Of a stretch of DNA of 64,000 bases, positions 1 through 10,135 are shown piece after piece. The notes below the pieces were generated by a model. It was not told where the DNA came from and made no database searches. It worked only from the letters and a program-made list of their open reading frames with translations. Made by a program: the position numbers and the translations under genes. Origin of the DNA: Planctomycetota bacterium (GTDB taxonomy: Bacteria; Planctomycetota; B15-G4); the NCBI GenBank assembly GCA_965248575.1, contig CBDFJQ010000002.1, forward strand, positions 256,001 to 320,000, read 5' to 3'. The stretch's first letter is position 1. Every line of letters begins with the position of its first letter.

Positions 1-2
1 CG

Positions 3-854
3 GAGACCGTTCCGGCCGGCCTGAAGTTCGGCCTGCTGTTGGTGCTCGTGGCCCTGGGCTTCAAGTTGGGCGCCGTGCCTTTCCACGTCTGGGTGCCGGA
101 TGTCTACCAGGGTGCGCCGACTCCCGTGACGGCCTTCCTGTCCGTGGGCTCCAAGGCAGCCGGTGTCGTGCTGCTCATGCGCTTCATCTACACGGTGCTG
201 GGACCGGTGGCCGGGCAGTGGGGCACGCTGCTGGCTGGCCTGGCTGCCCTGACCTTGCTGATGGGCAACCTGGGCGCCATCCCGCAGAAGGACATGAAGC
301 GCTTCCTGGGCTACTCAGGCATCGCCCACGCGGGCTTCCTGCTGCTGGCCATGGCGGCCCACAGCGAGGCCTCTGCCAGTGCCGTGCTCTTCTACATGGT
401 CACCTACCTGTTCGCGAACATGGCGGCCTTCCTGGTGATCATCGTGGTCTCCCGGACGCACGACAATGCCAGCATGGACCGCATCAACGGCCTGGCGGAG
501 CGCTCGCCCTTCCTGGCCTTCGTGCTCATGGTCTCCATGCTGTCCCTGGCTGGCGTGCCGCCCTTCGCCGGTTTCGTGGCCAAGTTCCTGGTGCTGCGTT
601 CCGCTGTGGCCGACCCCGCCCTGCTGCCGGTGGTCATCCTCAGCCTGGTGATGGTGGTGGTCTCGCTCTACTACTACCTGTGCATCCTCAAGCGCATGTA
701 CTTCCGTGAGCCGGAGGACACCGGCGTGTTGGAGATCGCTGGTTCGACGCGCCTGATCCTGCTGGTGTGTGTGCTCGCCTCGGTGGGGCTGGGCATCTAC
801 TTCAACCCGCTGGTGGTTGCGGCAGAGAGCGGCGCGAAGGCCCTCTTCCAGTAG
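3..854 (+). CDS. nuoN: NADH-quinone oxidoreductase subunit N (5' truncated by window edge)
   Basis: FKLGAVPFHVWVPDVYQGAPTPVTAFLS, KRFLGYSGIAHAG, SLAGVPPFAGFVAKF and SLYYYL motifs; hydrophobic; frame is open to the window start. Confidence 0.95.
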   Translation, partial: ETVPAGLKFGLLLVLVALGFKLGAVPFHVWVPDVYQGAPTPVTAFLSVGSKAAGVVLLMRFIYTVLGPVAGQWGTLLAGLAALTLLMGNLGAIPQKDMKRFLGYSGIAHAGFLLLAMAAHSEASASAVLFYMVTYLFANMAAFLVIIVVSRTHDNASMDRINGLAERSPFLAFVLMVSMLSLAGVPPFAGFVAKFLVLRSAVADPALLPVVILSLVMVVVSLYYYLCILKRMYFREPEDTGVLEIAGSTRLILLVCVLASVGLGIYFNPLVVAAESGAKALFQ

Positions 855-1032
855 GCGGACGCCGCATTCGGTCAGCTTCCGGATGCGTCTCGTCTCGTGC
901 AGCGGTTTTGCACGGGTGAGGGGCTTGCGCTGCGGGAGCCCCTGAGCCGCGAACGCTTTTGACTTGTCCTTGAACCGGTCCTCCCGGTGCCGTAGATCGG
1001 TGTCGGTGGCTCAGGCTCAAAGGAGAGTTCCG

Positions 1033-3570
1033 GTGGCGGATCAGGTCTTGTCTGGTGACCCCGAATCCCAGGGGGATGTCGAGGGAACAACAGCGACGTC
1101 AACAGAACCCGCTGGGGAAGAGTCGACGGCTGCGCTGGCCGACTCCTGTGAGAACGATGATCTGTCGGATGAAGATCCGTCGGATGGGCTCACGGGAGAC
1201 GCTCTTGGCTCTGAAGCCGAAGCAGAGCCTCCTCTGGCGGGCCAGCTGGGTGAATCGGCGGACCGGCAGGTGCCGGTGCAGCTGAGCCGCATCAAGGGCC
1301 GGCTCAACAGCCTCGAGCGAGAGGCCATGCGTCGCCGCCGGGGATCCGACGAACTCAGCCTGCTGGACGACAGGCTCGAAGGCGGCCTGGCAGCACACCA
1401 GCGTGAGCTGGAGGCCATCCGCGCCCAGATCCAGTTCCTGCGGCAAGAGAACGCCGAGCTGCGTGAGCGCCTGGTGATCAGCTCGCGGCGCGGGGTGAGC
1501 GGTGTGGCACGGCGTCTGGGTAACAGGTTGCCCAGCGCGGTGCGCGATCCCCTGCGGCACGTTGCCTATCGCTCCCTGGCTCTGGTCCGCCCGCAGAGCG
1601 CCCTGGTCCAGGCCTACCGGCAGTCCGTCTCCACGTCGCGCATGTCCGTGAAGGAGCAGCGCAAGCTGTTCAACAAGGTCATGCAGGGCAAGCAGGAGGG
1701 GAAGTTGGACGTGGTCATGATGCCGGTCATCGATTGGCACTTCCGCATCCAACGACCGCAGCACATCGCGGCCTGTCTGGGCAGCCTTGGCCATCGGGTG
1801 TTCTATCTGACCACGGTCTTCTCACCCTATCCCGGGCGGCCCGGTTTCAACGTCCTGGAGACTCCGGCCAAGAACGTCTTCATCGTGCAGCTGTACTGCC
1901 CGGAGCCTCACCCCGAGAACATCTACCAGCAGCCGCCGAGCGAGGAAGTCTCCCGGGAGCTGGCCGCGGGCCTGACGTTGGTCTACGAGAACTTCCACGT
2001 CGAGCAATCTATCGCCGTGGTGCAGCAACCCTTCTGGACCTCCATCGCAGAACGCTTGCCCGGCACGCTGAAGATCTACGATTGCATGGACTACCACGGC
2101 GGCTTCACCACGCACACCGACGCCATGGGCCGCGAGGAGGACTACCTGCTCAAGTCGGCCGACGTCGTGGTGACCACGGCCCTGGGTCTGTCGGAGCGGG
2201 TGGGGGTGCCGAATGTCGTCATCCGCAATGCCGCCGAGGTCGAGCACTTCACCAAGCAGCCCGCCAAGCTGGCCCTGAAGAAGGACCGGCCCGTGGTGGG
2301 CTACTACGGCGCCATCGCGTCCTGGTTCGACATGGAGCTGCTGGTGGCCATGGCCCAGCGCTTCACGGAGTGGGACTTCGTGCTCGTGGGCTCCACCTAC
2401 GAGAGCGACACGCGCGATGCGGAGATCCTTCCCAACGTGCATTTCACGGGAGAGGTCGCCTACGCTGACCTGCCGGGATACCTCTATGGCTTCGACGTCT
2501 GCACCATTCCGTTCCAGATCACGGAGCTGACGTTGTGTACGAATCCGGTCAAGGTCTACGAGTACCTGTGCGCCGGCAAACCCGTGGTGGCCACGGAGCT
2601 CCCCGAGGTGGTCCAGATGGGACGGCACGTGCATACGGCGGGTACGCACGAGGAGTTCGCTGCGAAGCTCGAGACGGCCATGGCGGAACGCAATGACGAG
2701 ACCCTGATCCAGCGCCGGACCAACTGGGCTCGTCGCCAGAGCTGGGCGCGCCGGGGTGAGGCCTATGAGCAGACCGTGCTGCGCTCCTATCCCAAGGTCA
2801 GCCTCGTCGTGCTGTCGTACAACAACGTCGAGCTGCTGAAGGCCTGTCTGCACAGCCTCGAGAAGTACTCGGACTACCCGAACCTCGAGCTGATCGTGGT
2901 GGACAACGCATCGGATGCTGACACCCAGGAGTTCTTGCGGGAGTACGAGGCGGCGCGCCCTCTGGCACGCATCAGCGACGTGAAGGTGATCTTCAACGAG
3001 GAGAACCTCGGTTTCGCGGCCGGCAACAACGTGGGCATGAAGGAAGCCAGCGGCGAGTACGTCATCCTGTTGAACAACGACACCTATGTGACCCGGGGCT
3101 GGGTACTCGACATGGTGCGTCACATGCGCCGCGACCCCGAGTTGGGGCTGGTGGGGGCCGTCACGAACAACATCGGCAACGAAGCCAAGATCGACGTGGA
3201 CTACGCCAACATGGAAGACATGGCGGTGGCCGCAAGGGACTACACCATGGGCCACGCCCGCCAGCTGTATCCCACGGACAACGTCGCGTTCTTCTGCGTG
3301 GGCATGCGGCGTTCGACCATGGAGCAGGTGGGCCTGTTGGATGAAGACTTCAAGCGCGGCTTCTTCGAAGACGACGACTACTGCAACCGCGTGCGCAAGG
3401 AGGGCTTCAAGATCGGCATCGCCGACGACGTCTTCGTGCACCACCACCTGTCCGCCAGCTTCAACGCCATCGACCAGACTGAACGGCAGAAACTGTTCGC
3501 GGACAACAAGCGACACTACGAATCCAAGTGGGGGCCGTGGAAGGCCCACGCGTACCGTAGGGAATCCTGA
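1033..3570 (+). CDS. Multi-domain glycosyltransferase: acidic N-terminus, coiled coil, GT-B (GT4/TuaH-like) domain, GT2 domain
   Basis: QRPQH, YDCMD and NPVKVYEYL (GT-B); VDNAS, NLGFAAGNNVG, LLNNDT and FEDDDYC (GT2); heptad segment LAAHQRELEAIRAQIQFLRQENAELRERL; AGGAG at 1021 precedes GTG 1033 (ORF track starts at 964). Confidence 0.88.
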   Translation: MADQVLSGDPESQGDVEGTTATSTEPAGEESTAALADSCENDDLSDEDPSDGLTGDALGSEAEAEPPLAGQLGESADRQVPVQLSRIKGRLNSLEREAMRRRRGSDELSLLDDRLEGGLAAHQRELEAIRAQIQFLRQENAELRERLVISSRRGVSGVARRLGNRLPSAVRDPLRHVAYRSLALVRPQSALVQAYRQSVSTSRMSVKEQRKLFNKVMQGKQEGKLDVVMMPVIDWHFRIQRPQHIAACLGSLGHRVFYLTTVFSPYPGRPGFNVLETPAKNVFIVQLYCPEPHPENIYQQPPSEEVSRELAAGLTLVYENFHVEQSIAVVQQPFWTSIAERLPGTLKIYDCMDYHGGFTTHTDAMGREEDYLLKSADVVVTTALGLSERVGVPNVVIRNAAEVEHFTKQPAKLALKKDRPVVGYYGAIASWFDMELLVAMAQRFTEWDFVLVGSTYESDTRDAEILPNVHFTGEVAYADLPGYLYGFDVCTIPFQITELTLCTNPVKVYEYLCAGKPVVATELPEVVQMGRHVHTAGTHEEFAAKLETAMAERNDETLIQRRTNWARRQSWARRGEAYEQTVLRSYPKVSLVVLSYNNVELLKACLHSLEKYSDYPNLELIVVDNASDADTQEFLREYEAARPLARISDVKVIFNEENLGFAAGNNVGMKEASGEYVILLNNDTYVTRGWVLDMVRHMRRDPELGLVGAVTNNIGNEAKIDVDYANMEDMAVAARDYTMGHARQLYPTDNVAFFCVGMRRSTMEQVGLLDEDFKRGFFEDDDYCNRVRKEGFKIGIADDVFVHHHLSASFNAIDQTERQKLFADNKRHYESKWGPWKAHAYRRES

Positions 3571-3573
3571 ACC

Positions 3574-4377
3574 ATGTCGGACCTGAAGACAGCGCACCCC
3601 TTGCAGCGGGATCAGAACCTGCTGACGGAGCCCTCTCGCCCCGTGTTCATTCTTGCGTCTCCCTGCTCAGATTCTGCGGCTTTGGCAACGTCCCTTTCCG
3701 CCAGCCCGGACTTCTGGGCGTCCGCCGAGTCGCACCTCTTCTACTCCTTGGCCGGTCCCAATGAAGACGGGCAGGCCAAGCTCTACGCCCTGTTCCAGCA
3801 AGCGAATGCCGACGAATCCTTCTGGTTGACGCAGAATCGCGTGGTCTTCCAGGAGTTCGCCTCCTTCGTGGGGCTCGGGCTGGACCAGATGTTCTTGAGC
3901 CGTTCGAACGGCAAGCGCTGGGTCGAGGCGTCGGTGGAGAACACGCTGATCGGCCCGGACCTGACCTACATGTTTCCGCGGGCGCGCTTCCTGAACATCC
4001 TGCGGGACGGACGGGATGTCGTTTCCCTGATGCTGAAGCAAGGCATGCACCCAGACACGGAGGAGGGTTTCGCAGCGGCCTGCGGGGTCTGGAATGTGTA
4101 CGTGCAGCGCGGCCAGGAGTTCCAGGAGATGTTCCCGGACAAGGTGCTGGAGGTCCGACACGAGCAGCTGACCCACAACGCCGAGTCTCAGGCTCAGTGG
4201 ATCATGGAGTTCCTGGAAGCGCCTAGCGCCTCGGATGTCGCGGCGCACTTCACGCTTCTGGCACGGGAATTCGAAGAACGCCTCTGGCAAGATTGGCCCA
4301 GCGCTCGCCGTGAACAGTTCGTGCAGCTGTGCGGACCGAACATGGAGAACGTGGGTTACGCCTTGGATTGGTTTTGA
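3574..4377 (+). CDS. Sulfotransferase-fold protein with degenerate PAPS-binding loop
   Basis: Collinear with the 4503 and 11356 paralogs (FWASAES, RSNGKRWVE, FLNILRDGRDVVS, VRHEQL) but the 5'-PSB loop reads ASPCSDSA instead of GCPRSGTS. Confidence 0.8.
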   Translation: MSDLKTAHPLQRDQNLLTEPSRPVFILASPCSDSAALATSLSASPDFWASAESHLFYSLAGPNEDGQAKLYALFQQANADESFWLTQNRVVFQEFASFVGLGLDQMFLSRSNGKRWVEASVENTLIGPDLTYMFPRARFLNILRDGRDVVSLMLKQGMHPDTEEGFAAACGVWNVYVQRGQEFQEMFPDKVLEVRHEQLTHNAESQAQWIMEFLEAPSASDVAAHFTLLAREFEERLWQDWPSARREQFVQLCGPNMENVGYALDWF

Positions 4378-4502
4378 AGCCCCTCCATGCCGTCGCCACG
4401 GTCACCCGGGAGGCGAAACCCCAGAGCTAGAGCTGGGTGCTCAGATCTCCCCGGCCAACACATCAAGACAGCAGGACACAGCAGGAAACGCGGGACACCA
4501 AG

Positions 4503-5378
4503 ATGAACACACCATCAGATTCTGACGACCTCCTCGCGCTGGGTATGGAGGACACCGCACCGAAGCACGACCCGAACCGCTCTGCAGGCGTCTTCGTGAT
4601 CGGCTGCCCTCGCTCCGGCACCAGCGTGCTGTCGTGGTGCCTCGCCGCCCACGACAACTTCTGGACCTCTGCCGAATCGGACTACCTCCTGGAGCTGTTC
4701 GGCTCCATCGACCTGCATAGCGCCTACAAACGGGCCGTCAGTCGGCCGGATGGCGGATGGCTGCAGAAGAACTCGGTGGGCTATCGCGAGTTCGCGAGCT
4801 TCATGGGGCTCGGCGTCGAGCGCCTCTACGAAAGCCGCTCGCAAGGGGCACGTTGGGTGGACTCCACGCCTGGGTACACCCTGATGGCGGAGACGCTGTC
4901 CCTCATGTGTCCTGGGGCCAAGTTCCTGCACATCGTCCGCGACGGCCGCGCCGTGGTGAATTCCATGCTGAACAGCGGCTTCAACACGGATTGGTCCGAC
5001 GACTTCAAGGCCGCCTGTCACACCTGGGTGCGCTACGTCACCACGGGCCGCCGCTTCGTGAAGGCCCACCCCGAGTGCTCTCTTGAGGTGCGTTACTCCG
5101 ACCTCACAGGCCAGCCTGAAGAGACCTTCCAGGGCGTGTTCGGCTTCCTGGGGGATGAGTACTCAGCGAAGGCGGTGAAGCTCATCACTACCAAGCGCAT
5201 CAACTCCAGCTATGGCAACGTGAAGGACGAGGATGTGCGCAAGGCGAAGGACCCTGCCGCTGCGCCCAAGCGTCCCTGGGATCAGTGGTCCGATCGGCAA
5301 GCTGCGATCTTCCAGAAGATCGCCGGGTCCACGATGCTTGAGTTGGGCATGGGTGGAGAGGCTGTCGCCGCCAGCTAG
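4503..5378 (+). CDS. Sulfotransferase (Sulfotransfer_3 family)
   Basis: VFVIGCPRSGTS 5'-PSB; HIVRDGRAVVNS 3'-PB; VRYSDL. Confidence 0.88.
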   Translation: MNTPSDSDDLLALGMEDTAPKHDPNRSAGVFVIGCPRSGTSVLSWCLAAHDNFWTSAESDYLLELFGSIDLHSAYKRAVSRPDGGWLQKNSVGYREFASFMGLGVERLYESRSQGARWVDSTPGYTLMAETLSLMCPGAKFLHIVRDGRAVVNSMLNSGFNTDWSDDFKAACHTWVRYVTTGRRFVKAHPECSLEVRYSDLTGQPEETFQGVFGFLGDEYSAKAVKLITTKRINSSYGNVKDEDVRKAKDPAAAPKRPWDQWSDRQAAIFQKIAGSTMLELGMGGEAVAAS

Positions 5379-5395
5379 TCCGTGAAACTGCCCGC

Positions 5396-6190
5396 CTAGG
5401 CTGGCGTGAGCGGTGGGGGCGGACGAACGCCCCTGCGCTGGTAGTCGTGCAGCACTTCTTTCGCTGGCCCGTCCTGGATCAGCTCCCCCTGGTGTAGCCA
5501 GAGGACGCGCGAGCACAGATCTCCGAGGAAGCGTGCGCTGTGGCTGGCGACCATGACGCAGCGCGCCGATTGGGTGAGTTCTACGAGGCGCGCGTGGCTC
5601 TTCTTGCGGAAGGTGGCGTCGCCCACACCGAGCAGCTCGTCCACCAGCAGGATGTCCGGCTCGAGGACCGAGGCCGAGGCAAAGGCCAGCCGCGCGCGCA
5701 TCCCGGCGCTGTAGTAGCGAACCGGCGTCTCCATGGCCTGCTTGTCCAGCTCGGCAAAGTCTTGCACGCGCTGGATGTGCTCGCCGATGTGCCGTCGTCC
5801 GATGCCATGAATCGCGCCAGACATGCGCACATTGTCGTGACCTGAGAGGTTGGCCGACATGGTGGCCCCGAGCGACAGCAGGACCGACGTGCGTCCGCGG
5901 GTCCTGACCTGCCCCTCGTCCGGTTCATAGATGCCGCTGATGCTGCGCAGCAGGGTGGTCTTGCCCGACCCGTTGTTGCCGCACAGGCCGATGATCGAAC
6001 CCGGGCCCGTCGAGAAGCTCACGTTGCGCAGCGCCCAGAAGGTCGTGGGGTCAGCCAGGTAGGAGTCGGCCCGACCGGGTCGGCTGAACAACGCGCGCTT
6101 GAGCCCCTTGCGGAGCATCGTGCGCCGGCTGCCGCGCGTAAAGGCGACGCCCGCGGAACGGCATTGGATGAGCCAGGAATCAGGAGGCAT
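5396..6190 (-). CDS. wzt: Polysaccharide ABC exporter ATP-binding subunit (Wzt/TagH-like, no C-terminal CBM)
   Basis: FWALRNVSF, Walker A GNNGSGKT, signature YSAGMRARL, Walker B ILLVDE, VGDATF; only 264 aa. Confidence 0.88.
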   Translation of the reverse strand: MPPDSWLIQCRSAGVAFTRGSRRTMLRKGLKRALFSRPGRADSYLADPTTFWALRNVSFSTGPGSIIGLCGNNGSGKTTLLRSISGIYEPDEGQVRTRGRTSVLLSLGATMSANLSGHDNVRMSGAIHGIGRRHIGEHIQRVQDFAELDKQAMETPVRYYSAGMRARLAFASASVLEPDILLVDELLGVGDATFRKKSHARLVELTQSARCVMVASHSARFLGDLCSRVLWLHQGELIQDGPAKEVLHDYQRRGVRPPPPLTPA

Positions 6191-6192
6191 GG

Positions 6193-7038
6193 TCAGAGCA
6201 TCCGGATGGCGTCATTGCCGAGCCTGCGGAAGAGCCAGTTGCCCAAGGCGAGCAGCGCGAGGGCCCAGAGAGCCGACCAGCCCAAGGCATCCCAGCGCGG
6301 AAACAAGCCGTCGTGAAGGGGTCTTCGGATGCCTTCGAGTACCCCCACCATCGGGTTGACGATCACATACCACCAGCGGTGTTGCTCGGGGATGCGCTCC
6401 AGGCTGTAGAGCACCGGTGTCAGGAAGAAGCCCAGGCGCAACAGCACGTCGTAGACATTGCTCAGGTCCGGCAGCATCACGAAGAGCGGGGACAGCAGGT
6501 ACGAGAGGGCCAGGATCTGGATGCCCATGACGGCGAGCGGGATGGGCAACACGAGCAGAGCCATCGTGAAGGGTCTGTCGTAGATGATCATCATCACCAC
6601 GAGCACCAGGATGCCGAAGACGTTCTCCAGGCTGGCTGCCGCGGCTTGGCTGGTGACGACGACGCGCCGGTTCACCAGGGTGGATGAGAGCATCTGGGTG
6701 CTGCTGACGAAGGCGCCGGCGCCGCGGCGGGTGGCCAGGGAGAACCAGCGCCAGGGGATCAGGGCGCAGGCCAGGAAGAACGGGTACTGCACGCCTTCCG
6801 GCCCTTTGCGCAGGTTAAGCAGGTCGCCGAAGATCAGGGCGTAGACGGCGATCAACGTCAGCGGGTCGATGATCCACCAGACCCAGCCCAGCATCCGCTG
6901 CGAGGTGTAGGCCCGCAGGGAGGCGCCCGTCAGCCGGCGGAACACGCCGAACTGGTGTCGCCATCCACCTGCACCAGGCTGGTGGGTGGCTGGCCCCATC
7001 CCGCTTGCAGCAGGCACGCCAGCTCCTGTCATGTCCAT
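6193..7038 (-). CDS. wzm: Polysaccharide ABC exporter permease (Wzm/TagG-like)
   Basis: Y..xLGWVWWIIDPL, FFLTPVLY and NPM..R motifs; about 6 TM helices; 2 nt from wzt. Confidence 0.88.
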   Translation of the reverse strand: MDMTGAGVPAASGMGPATHQPGAGGWRHQFGVFRRLTGASLRAYTSQRMLGWVWWIIDPLTLIAVYALIFGDLLNLRKGPEGVQYPFFLACALIPWRWFSLATRRGAGAFVSSTQMLSSTLVNRRVVVTSQAAAASLENVFGILVLVVMMIIYDRPFTMALLVLPIPLAVMGIQILALSYLLSPLFVMLPDLSNVYDVLLRLGFFLTPVLYSLERIPEQHRWWYVIVNPMVGVLEGIRRPLHDGLFPRWDALGWSALWALALLALGNWLFRRLGNDAIRML

Positions 7039-7301
7039 GCTGTGGTCACTGGGCGAGGCCCTCGGGCGGAGAGGACACCCTGAGCGGCATGTCCAGGACG
7101 CATGCTACCGGCGGCAAGCCCCACTCTCAACGACCGCAGCGCCCTGCGGTCGTGTCGCTTGGGCATCCTCCTGCTTCTCCGACGCGCGGCTTCAACGGCC
7201 TGCTTGGATGTGATAACCAAGATGGGCAGGGATTCGACGCCGGGCCTTCCCGGTTGCGACTGCCCGTGCTCCAAACGACTTCCATGGGACCTCACTGAAC
7301 G

Positions 7302-9122
7302 ATGATCGCGGACGGTCGCCAAGCAAGGTGGAAGTCCTCCAGCGCTTCTCTGCGCGGTCAACCTCCCGCGCAAGCTTCGCTTCCAGCCGCCGAGCTGCAT
7401 CAGGAACTCATGAAGCAGGGTTTGCCGCCGGAGGTCGAGATCGTCGGCCATGAGCGTATTCGCAGCCCGCGAACGCCGACCGTCGACTGCTACGAGGTGC
7501 GCATCCTGTCCGAGCGGATCGGTGAGCAGGCGGTGTTCATCGCCGGTTGGCTCACGCTGCAGAAGGGCGCCAGGAAGGTCGCTCCCCTGCTGTCCATCCC
7601 GGGCGGGAAAGGGACCTCCACGCGTGAGACGGCCATCTGGGTGGCGAGCACTTGTGATGTGTGCTGCCTCTCCGTGGATTGGATCAACAGGGGTGCGTCG
7701 ACCCACATCCCTGGCCTGGACCCGGCACCTGCCAAGGACGCCATCTGCTTTGAGGGGCAGAGCTGGAAGTCCAGCTACCAGGTGCACAACGTGCGCGCGT
7801 TCTTGAAGGCCATGGAGTACCTGCTGACGCGCGAGGAGGTCGCCCCGGACAAGCTCATGGTCGTGGGCACGAGCTGGGGCGCCTTCTACACCTGGCTCAT
7901 CGCCGGGCTGGATCCTCGCATCAAACACATCTTTCCCACCTTCGGCTGCGGGTTCCTCGACTGGGAGACCCGCTACATCTGGGAGGCGGCCTTCGAGCAC
8001 ATGGGCCCGGAGAAAATGGAGCAGTGGGTCGCTGCCTTCGACCCCGGGCGACGGGTGCACGAGATCCAGGCGGATGTCTGGTTCGAGACAGCCACCAACG
8101 ACAAGTACTTCAGCGTGCCGTCCGTGACCGAGACCTATCGCCGGGCTGCGAACAAATGCAACCTGCTCCTGGTCCACAACCAGGATCACTTCACGCGGCC
8201 CTACAACAACCAGGCGTACCGCTTGATCCGGCATGTACTGGACCCGGCGCACGTTCCCGGCCCGCCCCGGGTTGGTGTTCCGCAGCTCGTGACCGGCAGG
8301 GCAACGCTTCGCGTAGCCGTTGAGTGCGAGGGAGCGTGCCGCGTCAGCTTCCTGGTTGCGGCGGGGGACTACACCCGCAGCTTCTCCAAACGTTGGCGTC
8401 GGCGGGAGGCGCAGCTGGTCGGGGAGCATTGGGAAGCCCAGCTGCCCATCGTGGACCCGCGACGAGAGATCTGGTTCTACGCCCATGCCGATCGGGAGGG
8501 TGTGGCCTTGGCGAGCAGCTCGGAGATCCAGTCGGTGATCCCCGCCGAGGTCGGTGTGGATGCGGCGAACGCCTTGTTCGAACCCCGCTACGACATCCCC
8601 GATGAGCCCATTTGGGAGCTGCCCGTGGGCGATCGGGTGCACCCGGCGCTGAGCGTCGAGCAAGAGGACGGCTTCAAGTCCCTGGCCATGAGCTTCTCCG
8701 GCACCCGACTCACGAAGGGCGTGCTCTACTGCCTCGAGGGAGACGTGATTGCGGCGGCGGGCTATGACGCGCTGGCAGCTGACATCCAGGTGGCCCGACG
8801 CGCGGACCTCGACGGTCTCTTCCTGCTGTTGGTGACCGACTTCCATGCCAGGGCCGAACAGTGCTACGGCGTGCGGCTGAGTGAGGTCGCCGAGGACTTT
8901 GACAGCTTCCGCTCCGTCGTCATTCCCTTCTCGCGTTTCCAACCCATGGCGACCCGGGTGGAAGTGTTCGAGCAGTATGTACCCAAGCCCTTTGCCCGAG
9001 AGAGGCTATGTGGCGTCGGGTTGTTTTATGACAACAAGCCCTGCCGAGGTGAGGTCCGCCTCGCCCGTCCGGGGGTGACCTACGCTCCCGCGAATACGTC
9101 CAACGAGGTGTCTCTCGCATGA
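7302..9122 (+). CDS. Alpha/beta-hydrolase (acetyl-esterase/PqaA-like) with C-terminal carbohydrate-binding-like domain
   Basis: IPGGKG oxyanion region, GTSWG nucleophile elbow, TNDKYF (Asp), NQDH (His); C-terminal VVIPFSRF-type beta-sandwich; start uncertain; ATGA overlap with the next gene. Confidence 0.65.
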   Translation: MIADGRQARWKSSSASLRGQPPAQASLPAAELHQELMKQGLPPEVEIVGHERIRSPRTPTVDCYEVRILSERIGEQAVFIAGWLTLQKGARKVAPLLSIPGGKGTSTRETAIWVASTCDVCCLSVDWINRGASTHIPGLDPAPAKDAICFEGQSWKSSYQVHNVRAFLKAMEYLLTREEVAPDKLMVVGTSWGAFYTWLIAGLDPRIKHIFPTFGCGFLDWETRYIWEAAFEHMGPEKMEQWVAAFDPGRRVHEIQADVWFETATNDKYFSVPSVTETYRRAANKCNLLLVHNQDHFTRPYNNQAYRLIRHVLDPAHVPGPPRVGVPQLVTGRATLRVAVECEGACRVSFLVAAGDYTRSFSKRWRRREAQLVGEHWEAQLPIVDPRREIWFYAHADREGVALASSSEIQSVIPAEVGVDAANALFEPRYDIPDEPIWELPVGDRVHPALSVEQEDGFKSLAMSFSGTRLTKGVLYCLEGDVIAAAGYDALAADIQVARRADLDGLFLLLVTDFHARAEQCYGVRLSEVAEDFDSFRSVVIPFSRFQPMATRVEVFEQYVPKPFARERLCGVGLFYDNKPCRGEVRLARPGVTYAPANTSNEVSLA

Positions 9123-10135
9123 CCGTGCCCAAGCAGCCCATCCACATTGTCGGCATGTACAAGTGCGGGACGAGCTGGCTTCTTGCTGCCCTGAGCGCGC
9201 ACCCCGCTGCCGTGGGTCTGCGGGAGTTCGACATCGTCCGAGCCAGCCTGGCACCGCACGACCAGGGCGGGCTCATGCTCGAAGCGGGTGACCGGGAACG
9301 ACGCTACTTCTCGGGCCATCCGTACTGCCGGATGACACCGGACGAGCTGTCAGGCTTCACGGGGCAGTCGGGGAGCCCTGAGATTCCGGAGCGCTTCGCT
9401 CTGGGCAAGCGCTCACCCAACCTCTCCAAGCCCCTGTCCTTTCGGGACGTCCCGGATCAGCGCAAGCTGGAGTTCCACCAACAGCTGCTGGGGGCCAAGT
9501 CTGCGCGCGCCCTGGTGGGCGACTTCCTGGAGATGAACGGAAGCCTGGCTCCCGAAGCCACGCACCTCATCTTGAAGTCCGCTGACCAGGTGGCCGTCCA
9601 TCGCTCCGTCGAGCGACTGTGCCCGGACACGAAGAAGGTGCTGATCGTCCGGGATGGTCGGGATGCCGCCATCTCTGCGGTGCATTTTCGCAAGATCATG
9701 CGCAAGGAGAACGCGCCCTGGGCGAAGGGTGAGGCCGGCTTCAGTGAGCTGCTCAAGGGTTGGGTGAACCGGGCGCAGATGGTGGAGCGCCTGAGGGCGG
9801 ACACGCGGCTCTACGTCCTGCGCTACGAAGACCTCACGCGCGACTTTGGAGAAACCCTGGCGCCCTTGCTGGAGTGGCTGGGCTTGGATGCTGCCCCCGG
9901 CCTGGTGGAGCAGATCGAGGCGGCGACGTCCTTCGAGGCCGTGACGGGCAGGAAGCGCGGGGAGGCTGCGGACGCCGTGGTGCGCAAGGGCGCCATCGGT
10001 GAATGGGCCGACGTCCTCGATCACGAAGAGCAGGAAGCTGCCTGGAATCTCGCGGGCGAGCAGTTGGCCGCCTTCGGCTACACGCGCACGGGGGCTTACG
10101 ATTCCTTGGACTCCCAAGAGCGTTCAGCGGTGTGA
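9119..10135 (+). CDS. Sulfotransferase (Sulfotransfer_1-like)
   Basis: IVGMYKCGTSWL, IVRDGRDAAIS, LRYEDL, VRKGAIGEW. Confidence 0.88.
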   Translation: MTVPKQPIHIVGMYKCGTSWLLAALSAHPAAVGLREFDIVRASLAPHDQGGLMLEAGDRERRYFSGHPYCRMTPDELSGFTGQSGSPEIPERFALGKRSPNLSKPLSFRDVPDQRKLEFHQQLLGAKSARALVGDFLEMNGSLAPEATHLILKSADQVAVHRSVERLCPDTKKVLIVRDGRDAAISAVHFRKIMRKENAPWAKGEAGFSELLKGWVNRAQMVERLRADTRLYVLRYEDLTRDFGETLAPLLEWLGLDAAPGLVEQIEAATSFEAVTGRKRGEAADAVVRKGAIGEWADVLDHEEQEAAWNLAGEQLAAFGYTRTGAYDSLDSQERSAV

